Positions 52,001 through 62,661 of a stretch of 64,000 nucleotides of DNA are shown here, piece by piece. The notes beneath the pieces were generated by a model. That model ran no database searches. It worked only from the letters and a program-made list of their open reading frames with translations, and was not told the origin of the DNA. This DNA is from Dimorphilus gyrociliatus (taxonomy: Eukaryota > Animalia > Annelida). The translations under genes and the position numbers were made by a program. The stretch's first letter is position 1, and every line of letters starts with the position of its first letter. The DNA is taken from assembly GCA_904063045.1 (NCBI GenBank), contig CAJFCJ010000012.1:2428810-2492809 (forward strand), read 5' to 3'.

Positions 52001-52308
52001 AAACATTAGCATCACCAGAACCACTTAAACTGCATTTCATACAGTTTGCCGTACAGTCTGAAATGACGATAGAGAATGAATGGAAAATAGAATTAATGGC
52101 AAAGAAATGAGGATAGAAATATTGAAAACATACCAATACATTTCTTTTGATCGATAGATAAAACTTGATTAGAGGCGCATGACAGACACCTCAAGTCTTT
52201 TTTCCCGCAATTTTGACAATTTGGTACAGTGTGGCAGCCAGATGTGGTTGCGCATTGCATGTGTTTAGCAGCAAGGCAAATTGTTACTAAAAACAGAAAT
52301 AATTTCAT
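46031..52308 (-). CDS. Array copy D: giant GPI-anchored Cys-rich + Ly6 protein (~1,700 aa), intact if the distal exon-2 acceptor is used
   Basis: E1 starts at 52308 (MKLFLFLVTICLAAKHMQC). E2 is 51877-51987 (111 nt), preceded by an out-of-frame half-duplicate at 52005-52057. E3 is open, E4 lies within ORF 50444-51292, E6 is 47447-50164 (906 codons), and E7-E10 are open, ending CCVGDKCN...LVLLGVVAAMMA*. Confidence 0.85.
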
Positions 52309-53233
52309 ATTGATCTTCCTTCAACTTTTGCAATAGAAAAATGGTTTAAGCTGAAAACTTTTACAGCTACTTTATCTCTTCCCTTACGTCGCTTGAGGAA
52401 TCTGTAGGGAATGAATGGTGGTGTCTGAAGCTTATATAAGAATTTTTTCAATCTGAAACGAAAAGGTTAAATGAAAAAATTAAAGTAAAAGTGTAAATAT
52501 TGAAAAAATAACCATTAATGGCGAAACAATGACTTCCCAATTCCGTTTTAATATTTTTAAAGAAATCAATGACTTTGTTGTTAATTTTAACAATACAATG
52601 AATTTCCAATTCTTGAGAACCTTTTATTAAAGATTGTCAAAGAGAATGAAAGAAGTTTTTGAACGATTATCAAATATTTCTGCTTTAAGCACAGTAAGTT
52701 TTTGTTCAGTTTTATTTTAGTTCCCTAAAAACGCTCATGTTTTTCATAATATATTTGTCACTTGAATGAAATTTCCCGTTTCTATGTAGCAAATTCAACT
52801 TTCTCTTTCTATTTGATTTATAATCGTTTCCTCACAGATTATTTACGGATGTTCAGAAAATTGAATGCTTATCATTTGACTTATTACATATTGGCAGAAA
52901 TTTGTAAATTGGGATTAATTGTTACCTCAACACTTTAGTTGTTTGTTTAAAAGGCAACAACTGCAATAGATAGAGTATGTGTACAGTTAAAATTATCTTA
53001 AACTTAAGGCAATAGTTTACCTTACATCATCAAATAACAACGAACATCTAGAAGTTTTCACTTATATTTCTTTCTATTACCTACATTTAGTTTTCAGAAT
53101 AAAATGTTCGATATTCAGATCCTGCTTTTCTTAAATTACGAGAACATTAAAATACATAAATTACATAACTTTAAAATCATCACAAAATTTAAATTAACAT
53201 TCTTTTCATGATCTGAATAGTTTGTTGACATTA

Positions 53234-55466
53234 TTAGACTTTCATAGCAGTAAAAATAGCTGCTAGAATTAGCGTAATGTTCATAAATATACCCTCAGCT
53301 CCGGCATCGCCATTGTTAAAGAATATATTACATTTATCTCCTACGCAGCATTTTTCACATGCTTTTGTACCATCAGATGTTTTCTTGCAGTGCTCCTCCA
53401 CTGTTGAACTACTACATGTCACATTTCTACATTCTCTTGTGAATGTTGTTATGCCTCCCTTTTCTAATCTAGAAACCCAACAGGCACCGCCGTTACCTCA
53501 TTCTTTCAATTTGAATGTATCAGTTTCATTGACCAAATTGGATTGCTTCTTTCCGCAATTAGCTTCATTTCCAGAACAAGTAAGACATTTGACTGTTCAG
53601 AGTTCATAAAAGCATGGGTTATAAAAGTATTGAAAAAAGTGATTTTGCATATATGTTTACCTGAGCATTGAGTGTCATTTTCGTAAAGGAGAATAATGGT
53701 TGTTTTAGAGGAATATTAAATATTATGTTGTTGGCTTTTCACGACATACACAATGTCATTTTGTTCAAAGTAAAACGAGATTTTTTTAGTTTTTTTTACT
53801 TACCTGACAACGCAAATGATTTTCATAAACAGTTGTTACTCGAATGAAATTTTCTGGTTTTTTTTTTAAGAAATTCAACTCTTTGTTTATGCCTGACATC
53901 ATAACTTTTTATCTAATGAGAAAATAAAGAAAGACGTCTCGATTTGATACCAAACACAAGTACTAAATCATTTATTATTCGCAATACTCAATGGACTTGT
54001 TACTTCCTTGTAAAGCTATACAAGATGAAGGTTACGCAGCTTCATTATTAATCTAATTACTTGAAGAGGTTAGTGATTTACAATCGTTTCCTCAAAGATT
54101 GCCTACACATGTTGAAATCCTATGAAGGTTTCCGCTAACGATGTCTATAGCTGTGTCTATTGATTGTTTTATGTGATTTGTATTGCTATGCTTGTTTTGA
54201 TAATGCTCAACACAAGACGAAAGAATATTCAACACAAACTGTTTGTTTATTATATCGCTGTGGAGATTACAAATGCAGAAAATTAAGTGCTTATTGTTTA
54301 ATTCATCATGTAAAATTACAAATTGCCAGATGACAACAAATGCCTGAGTATGTTTTTTTTATGTTAACACTCTTTTTAAATGAAAAAATGAAGATCATTT
54401 TCTTAATGATAATATTTTTTCATTTTCAAGAATGTCCCAGTTTCTGCCAAACTAATCTGATAAATTATGCTCTTTAGGCAGTTCCAATTGTGCTGAAATG
54501 TTTTGAATTAAATTGAATTGAATTGTAGAGGAAGTTTCCTTTCATAGAAATTACCTCTACAATTTCCTACATCGAAATTCAGAATAAACCTTGGTTTACA
54601 TTCAGTACAAAGTGTGCCAGTTTTAGCATCATTCAATTGACAAGTTAGACAAGGGTTGGGGAAACCTTGGAGCGAATCCAGACTTGCAAACTTGACATTT
54701 ATTTGGTGAATTATCGACTTTCAATGAACATGTTAAGCAGTTAGCCATACATGCAACACATGGTGTTTTCGCATTGTGCAACGAAAATTCACTGTTACAC
54801 CTGGAACACACCAATACTTTTGATGGTCCTCCTTGAACAGCAATTAAGCAAGTTTCACAATTTGGGGGACATGTTCTACATATCTTGGCTACTTCATCGA
54901 AATTAGTATTCAATTCACAACCGGAACATTGCGTTGTGAAGGTTTTCTCAACTGAACAAGTTTTACAATTATTTGTACATTTTGTGCATGACGTTTTATC
55001 ATCAGATATTGAATATCCATCATTGCATGTATCACATTTTGAACTATCTGATTGGCAGTAGACTACTTGGAGGCTTTGACAAATAGTTTTTGTAGCATCC
55101 GGAAATTCGGCAATATTTATTCACTCTTCGCATGGCAGTAAGGGCCTGTACAAGCTATCCAGTTGGCTCCTTCTAAAGCTTTTCCTATATGGCATTCTGA
55201 GCATTGTCCAAGAGCGCCAATAGCACAAGCTGTACAACCAAATGTGATGCAATGATGACAGGCATCAGTGCCATCAAATACACTTCCATAGTAACAAGCA
55301 GTTGGTTTACATTTGGATTTTTCGTTGAGTATGCAATCTTTGTAGTTAGTAGCTGTACAGACAACGCAATCTGTTCCATCAAGGCTTTTCCTATATCGCA
55401 ATCTGTACATTGTCCTGGTGACTCCTGGGTCACAAGCTTTACAGTCATTGACGGTACAAGCAACAC
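53234..55466 (-). pseudogene. Array remnant psi4: rearranged, 5'-truncated copy
   Basis: E10 has TGC->TGA at 53500-53498. Only the end of E9 remains. E7 is fused to mid-E6 at ~54650-54660 through a GGGTTGGGGAAAC filler. Frameshifted E6 pieces run to ~55466, and an inverted E3/intron/E4 piece lies at 54327-54495. Confidence 0.88.
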
Positions 55467-56509
55467 AAAATCATTGATTTCTTTTAACTATTCCAACAAA
55501 AACTTTCCAACTTCTATAAGCTATTACGCCGCTATTCATTTACTATAATTTCCTCAAGCAATGGTTGACTATATATAAAGGCAATTTGAACGACTTTTAA
55601 AGACAAAAATAACCTCTTTCAACAATTCAGAAGCTTGAAGCTTCAAAATTACGTTGAAACATCTGATAATTTTTTATTATAAATGATATGGAGTATGTAA
55701 ACAAAATGTATATTTCAGAATATTTAGGTGTATACTGCATCATTTCTCATATTTATTAATGTATCTTCAAATTTTATAACACGTGTGCTATTTGCTTAAA
55801 AGAAGCATTATAACAAACTTAAAAGGGGTACGCTATATTGTTGAATTTCCATACTAGTGCTGCCATCTGTAATTGAACACACAATTGAAAATTAATTATT
55901 TAGTTTAATTGGATAGGAACTGTAGTGAATGATTAAATGATTTATTAAAAAACTCATTTTTCTTAATTATCTTTCTGTCTCTCTCTACGTAACTTTTCAC
56001 ATTCTACCGTTTCCTTCCCTTTTCCTTCCTTTACTTGCAATTTTAAAGAGTATCTATAAAATGTTTGATGATCGAGTAATTTCTTTGAATTCATCTGGAA
56101 AGATTCTTTTAAAGGTTATCATTCAATTTTTTCAAACTCCATTTAAAAAAACGTATTAAACTTGATTTTAAAAAGAAAACAATTATTTTTCAGAGTAGCG
56201 CCATCTATAGGTAATCGTTGCGGTTTCTAGAACGTTTTGGCCAACATAGCGAGGGAATTTTAAAGTCTAATAAAAATTTGGTGAGTTATTTAATATTACT
56301 AATCCTTTAAAGACAATGTAATTTATCGTTCTAAACTTTAAATCAATACGGACTATCCTAAATAAACTTTACAATAGACTATAAAAAATATCGAGCGATA
56401 ATAAGGTATTTTTTCAAACCCTTTTATTGATTTAAAATATATGTTAAAAAAAAGAGTAAAAATTGAATAAATAAGGAATGAATAATTAATATCAACTTTT
56501 TAATAGATA

Positions 56510-58454
56510 ATGCTTGAATTTGAATTTTCCGAAAAGGATTTAAATTTTGAATGTACTGGTTGGAGAGATTTGGCGAATATTGAGGAAACTTTAACAAAGG
56601 TATGGTAATACAACTACACCTACGTTGTCGTTTAACGATATACAAATATTGTTTGTAGTTTGATAGAGCGCTTTTTGAAAAATGGCGGGAAATTAGTAAT
56701 AATGGAATACTTATGTATAAACTGGATGATTTAGAGGGTAGATGTATTGGAGATAGGTATAAATTTCAACTGCAGCTTAATCCTGAAAGAGTTAAGAAGA
56801 GAAAAGGACCAACTATCTCACAGATAAACATTCCATTTGATCCCAATCGCTTTCATTTTGGTAAAGTTAGACAAGAGGAGATCCTATTCAAGATAAAAGA
56901 TAACCTCATCATCATAAATATATACCCGTTGGACATTGGGCACGTTCTACTAGTTCCTTCGATTGACCGTCAATTACCACAGTCTCTAAATGATTCTGCA
57001 GTTCTGTTCGGCGTCGAGTGTTTGCTTTTGAGTGGACATCCGTAGTTGATTAATTTAATTAACTTAATTAGATTTAATGATTTGATTATTGTTTTTTTTT
57101 CTTTTTGACAGGGGATGTACAGTAGGGTTTAACAGTCTTGGGGCTCTAGCCTCGGTCAATCATTTACATATGCATATGTGGTTTGTCAGAGGACAGTTAC
57201 CCATCTCATCTGTGGTAATGTACCATTTTCTTTATATAGATTATTAATTTTTTTTGTCTCTTCTCTACCCTTCTCTCTTCCCTTTTCTTTCGATTTTTTC
57301 TTCTTTTCCTATCTAATCTAATCTTATCTATTTAATTAACCTAAAGGAAAGCAAGAATATTAATGACTTATCAAATAGATAATAATATTACTCGCCATGA
57401 ACGATCCTTAATCTAATTTCCAATCATTGAATATCATTTCTTTTCCCTTTCTATATCAATAGTCCGCAACGCCCTTTATAAATAGAGAGTAATCAGTCAT
57501 TTTCCTCTTGTTCAATAAAAAAAAAGGGAAGAGAGATGTCAATGCCAAAACTTCTCTCGAGATATATAGATAGATAGATAGATAGAGGGGCGAAAGAGAG
57601 AGTTTATATGAAGTCAATATAAAAAAGTGCTAATAATATACACTCTTCAAGCTTTTTTTCTTCTTCTTCTCTGACACTCTTATTATGTTTATAAATGAGC
57701 TATTTATAGATTTATAAATGCATTTCTTATCAAACAGGAAGTACGTGAAATAGAAGGAACTACGTTATCGATGGGTGACGTCACAAAGGATGACTACGTA
57801 GTACGTCTAGTGGCTTTTCAAATGATTAATAACGACGTGAATAAATTTGTGGAGTAAGAGTCACTTTATCATTTACGTTTAGTCATCTTTCTTTTGTTTA
57901 ACCTTTTATTGTCTTTGTTTTTTATAGATTAATCACCGCCTCCGCCCAATATTTACAAAAAAAGGAAATCGCCCACAACATCATCCTTGTCAAGGGATCT
58001 AACTTTTCCAAGAACGGAAATACTATTAGAGCTTTTGTGTGGCCTAGACAATCAATTTTAGGTTAGATGTCAACCTATTCGTCCGTGCGTCCGCGCATCA
58101 CCCAATGACACTTTTGACTTTTTACATTTTTCCTTCATTTACTTTCTTTTGTCGAAGCTTAATAACACCAACAACATTTTTAATAGGTGAACCGAAAAAT
58201 CCCATTAATCATTTCGTAGCAGTTGCCGAAGTAGCTGGTCACGTGACTGTATATAGTAAGTTAATAAGATTGCATAGCAAATTGTCGAAAAGGATAATGA
58301 GGCTAGAAAACTTTTTGTTCTATTAGATGAGGAATTTTATAGGACAGCCAAAGAAGAATTGATGTCAGAGTCGATTAGAGAGCCTGCATTCGAAGACAAA
58401 GTTTTTGATGAGATTAGGAATGGATTAGTAAATACGGTTAAGAAAATTTTATAA
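56510..58454 (+). CDS. GDPGP1: GDP-D-glucose phosphorylase 1 (VTC2/HIT-family homologue)
   Basis: Spliced model: MLEFEFSEKD...|FDRALFEKW...QLNPER...FDPNRFHFGKV...INIYPLDIGHVLLVP...LPQ...|GFNSLGALASVNHLHMH (HIT-like motif)...|AHNIIL...VWPRQ...|AVAEVAGH...|..VKKIL*. Confidence 0.92.
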
Positions 58455-59363
58455 TCTTAACAATAATAGAATTAGAAATCTTTTGATATTTAATTGGTTT
58501 GTTATTATTCAAATAAACTAATAAAATGGGATAAAGGAGAAAGGAAAAAGAAAAGAAATCTTTAAATTGAATGAAAAATAAGGATAGAGTACTTATCTAA
58601 AAAATCTCGCGATACTGATATTCAATAAATACACGGAAGCGCCTTTTTTTCTCTTTCTTTATTCCTATCAGTCCCTCTCCCTCCCTCTCTCTCTCTTTCT
58701 TTACTTTCTTTCCTTTACTATTAACCGAATGAATAATTCAAAAGAGACGCAATTTTATAAGTTTTGTATATATTTATACTGTATTTATATATAAGTAGAA
58801 ACGTATATTCAAGGCTGGTATCTGTTAAGGCATTGTGTTTTGTTTTCCCCGCTTAAAATACAAAAAACAAACATATTATCACATTATCTCCAATGGAAAA
58901 GTATATGTAGTATATATCAATAATAGACAAGAATTCTTATCATTTCTTGTCTCCTTATCACATTGAATAAAATGACTAGAGAAGATGAAGTTTTTTCAAA
59001 GAAACACATCATATTGAGACTCTTAACAACTAAAGATAAAATATATGTAAATGTAGAATTGTTTATGTACACACATACACATGTAAATTGATATTCAAAT
59101 GTGGAAAATGATAAGAATTAGTCGAATAAACAATCCTTATTCGACATTTAAATAGATAAAGAAAAAGGAAGAGGGAGAGAGAGAGAGAGAGAGAGAGAAT
59201 AAAATATAAAAAGAGATAAAATACGATAAACAAAGACAGAAGGAAAAAATTGTTAAGATAAAAGATGGAGAAGAAAGAATGATTAACCGTCCGTAATTTT
59301 GTAATGTAAACTCTTTTCTTTCTTTTCTCTTCTCTTCTCATTCATTGTTCATTTTTTTCTTTA

Positions 59364-60173
59364 TTACATAATTGAAATGGAAGACTGTTGAACGCAGTCC
59401 GGGTCAAACCAATTGTCGTACTCGAAATCGACTGGGTCGCACCTTTGCATTGCAGCGGTAAATCGAGCTTGCATTTCAGCCGGATTTACGATATATTTAG
59501 CACCAGCCGGAAGAGATGCTTCTTGAACGTCTGGTCTCCATACTGGACTAGGCGTTTCTTGGCTATACTCTTTCTTGACCAGATAATTCTGAGCGCAGTA
59601 GGGGGAAGGATATTGGGGCGGAAAATCGTGGGCAACTAATGACCTCGGGTTTATTTGCATGGTACCAGCAACCAAATTCATTGTATTTTGCGATAACCCC
59701 TTTGAAAGAGAGCGGGCAAAGTAGACGCTGTCGGGTTTCTTGCCTGATCTCAATATTTCGGATAGGACCCCGATATAATTCCTCGCTAATCTCAATGTCT
59801 CTATTTTACTTAGTTTCTGAGTAGAGCTCTGACCGCATGGAACGTGTTCTCGAAGTTCGTCCAAAGCCTCGTTTAAACCGTGCATTCTTGATCTTTCTCT
59901 AGTATTCGCTTTAACTCTTCGTAGTCTGAGCTTTGCTAGTCTGGCTCTGGTTAATTTCTTCTTTTTGGGACCTCTCTTCTTTGGAGAGTCCTCTTCTCTC
60001 TCTCTCGACTCCAATTGTTTCTTGGCTCTTAACTTGTCGCGTTCATTTGCTAGAGGAGTGCCGACGAGATCTTCTTCAACGTCGGATACCTCCGATTGAT
60101 CTTCTTTCTCGTCGTCGGCCATTCTTTCTAGCTCGCGAACTTCGTCTGGTGTGAGTACACATCGAATTGGCAT
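59364..60173 (-). CDS. NeuroD: NeuroD-family bHLH transcription factor
   Basis: [29 protein letters not shown]...[23 protein letters not shown] is followed by the NeuroD-specific extension [28 protein letters not shown], with an acidic/basic N-terminus. The ATG directly follows a strong acceptor (ttttatttccag|ATG). Confidence 0.95.
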   Translation of the reverse strand: MPIRCVLTPDEVRELERMADDEKEDQSEVSDVEEDLVGTPLANERDKLRAKKQLESREREEDSPKKRGPKKKKLTRARLAKLRLRRVKANTRERSRMHGLNEALDELREHVPCGQSSTQKLSKIETLRLARNYIGVLSEILRSGKKPDSVYFARSLSKGLSQNTMNLVAGTMQINPRSLVAHDFPPQYPSPYCAQNYLVKKEYSQETPSPVWRPDVQEASLPAGAKYIVNPAEMQARFTAAMQRCDPVDFEYDNWFDPDCVQQSSISIM

Positions 60174-60446
60174 CTGGAAATAAAATGTTATATAATTCCC
60201 TTTTCCCTTCGGTTCTCATTAACTTAACTACAGAATTTTCTAGTTTGCATGGTTGGTTGCTACGGTTACATTTTGAATCGTTGAGGAAGCCATTAAATTG
60301 ACTGGAAAGTACCTTGACGTAAGAAGCGGATATTGATGGGTTAATCGAATGATTTAGTTAGGAGAGTATTTAAAAGTGTCGTTCAAGTTTACGCAGACGT
60401 ACAATTAGGCGTCATTTGTATTATTGGGTACTCAAGTATGAATTCG

Positions 60447-60460
60447 GTTGCCATAGTTAC
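60447..60460 (-). promoter_or_regulatory. RFX X-box-like palindrome
   Basis: The minus strand reads GTAACT-AT-GGCAAC, which matches GTNRCY-N2-RGYAAC, ~275 bp upstream of the NeuroD coding exon. Confidence 0.5.
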
Positions 60461-60840
60461 AACCGATAGAGTCTATTACGACGAGAAAGCGAACCAAGCG
60501 TGATTATGTAATAAGCTGAATAATTCAGTTGTCGACTGGTCAACGAGATTAACACCTTGAATGGGTAATTTCCTTAAGTTAACTCAACACTTGGAAAATG
60601 AGGAATGAAAACCATATTACGTAATTTGTCTCATACGATGCGCCTTCGACAAATTATACGATTGGGGTAATAAAACGCCTGCCAAACATTGAAATATAGC
60701 CGTATTCAGTTACCGAGGCAACGAAAACTAAAACGGCCAAAGATTGCGATAAAACAGTCAATTGCGACGACTTTATCTTGATATGATGGGCGTTCCTTCA
60801 CCAAAACTGTCAACATTCGTGTGTCGAAATTCGATGATGG

Positions 60841-60861
60841 ATGACGTCATCATGACGTCAT
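60841..60861. promoter_or_regulatory. Tandem double CRE palindrome (ATGACGTCAT-C-ATGACGTCAT); further full CREs at 62252-62259 and 63336-63343
   Basis: Read directly from the sequence. TGACGTCA is the canonical CREB/ATF site. Confidence 0.6.
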
Positions 60862-62638
60862 GGCTTTAACGTGACATTTTCGCTTATGAGAAAAGACAAA
60901 GGAAATTGACGATTAAGAGAATATCGCTAATTCTATTAGGGGAATACGTGCTTATTTTTAAACGCTTTCCTTTAAAAAAGCCGTCAGAAAGAGCAGAAGG
61001 TCATTTAACGGTTCATTAAATACGCTAATGTAAAACTTTATATATATATATATATATAGATTAATTTAACGTAAAGATATCCTAAGGACGAAATGAAAGG
61101 AATATATTTGAATAAATTAGTGGAAAGATTGTAAAAATTAACGGTTTAAAAATGTCAATTGTTAAAGAATTAGTATTAAGAGTAGGATACTTGAAATGAG
61201 AATGTCTTTTTCACAAGGTGTTTTGTTTGTTTAAGCAGTTGCACGTGCCGCTTTTACACATTTGTGTATATCGTTTTACGCCCCCTTTTTAATTCATAAG
61301 TTTACAAAGGGAAACCGTATCTACTTTAAACCGACTTCTGAAGCCGAAAATCTTTGCTTAATATTATTTAATTTGCATATTATACATTCAATATTCATTT
61401 GACCTTTCTCCTTCTATTTCTTTCTTTCTTTCTGCCCTACTCTCTCTCTCCTATCCAGCTGCTCAAAACACCTACAGTCTAAAACGCCTCCTTTAACGCT
61501 CTATTCAACTTTCATTTCTTTCAATTATATTGTGAATTGGTTCGATACGGCGACGCCTTTGGGGTGACTTTTCCTTTTAAAAGCATATCTTTGGATAATG
61601 GATGTCGCTACATGACGCCTGTCCACTGGACATTTCGCATATAGCCCAGCGTGTATTAAAAAGACAACGCTAAGGAATGTGTTGTGACGCCTTTTACGTC
61701 AGAATTGTTGCTTACGTAGTAGTCTTTTCAGTAAAAAGTGCCTCGAAGGTAAGAGTTTTATGGGTGAAAAATTATCGAAGCATATTGGATGAATTTTATT
61801 TAGCGTCTCCTTCAGCGTGTCAAATTATTTCTGTGTAATTATGTAACGGTCCTATTATATAATTCATTGCAGAATTACAGTTCAATAATTTACTTAAAAA
61901 TTTGCAGGTATCGTCTTTTAAAAGAGTAATTTCAAAGATACTCTTTAGGAGGTAGGGGAGGAGGTGGGCGGTAGTAAAAAGGGGATAATTCTTTTTTCTC
62001 CCTCCTACCTCTACCTCCCCCCCCCCACCTCCTTCTCTGCTCTCCTAAACGGCCTCCTAGCTTTGAGTGACCGCTAAAAGGTTAATAGTGGACACTCCTA
62101 CTCTGGAATTATAATCTTGTAAAAGGTGTGGCCAGAACGCCCATAGTTCCCCCGTTCACAAATATTATGTAATTCAATCTTTTTAGGGAAGCGCCAGCAG
62201 ATAGAATGGAGAGTGCTCCTAAACGTCATTATACCATTGACATGTCCTCGATGACGTCACAACTATCTCCAACTGTCTCCAACTGGGCCTCTGGGAGTAT
62301 GGAGAATTAGTAAGAAGCACCTCCTTTTAAACGCTTCATTATCTTTAATTAAGAAGGCTTTTTTTGAACTCGGTTGAACGATTAGTGAGGGACGCTTTGT
62401 TAGAAACGTTTCTTTTTTTTTTCTTCACGCATAATCGAGCAGGAGGAGGAAAATATAAAAAAAGGCGTCTCTAAAGCGCGTGCTTCGCGTGTTGGCGGAC
62501 CACTTCAAACAGAATTGAAATTAATCGATTCCGATGAGGATTGTGCAAGAGGGAATGGAAAAAATGACAGGGCGCTTCGAAAATATTTTCAATAGCGTGA
62601 CCGTGTAATTAAACGTATAGTCCTTGTTCCACAACTGG

Positions 62639-62661
62639 TTATGTAACGCTTGGTTACGTAA
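62639..62661. promoter_or_regulatory. Tandem D-box pair (TTATGTAA...TTACGTAA), part of a D-box cluster upstream of NeuroD
   Basis: ggTTATGTAAcgcttggTTACGTAA read directly. Other TTAYGTAA sites are at 60504, 60617, 61839, 62165 and 63846. Confidence 0.5.

Noticed and set aside
16678-52308. Calling the array PCSK5/furin-like convertases, or a horizontal transfer of Giardia VSP
   Set aside because: There is no subtilisin catalytic or P domain. The VSP resemblance is generic CxxC spacing. The genes have nine conserved spliceosomal introns, host-like composition and a Ly6/GPI end rather than the VSP TM-CRGKA tail.
53498-53500. In-frame TGA at a conserved Cys position, possible selenocysteine
   Set aside because: The copy is otherwise destroyed by deletions, an inversion and frameshifts. 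TGC->TGA is a simple nonsense change, and no SECIS-like element was evident.
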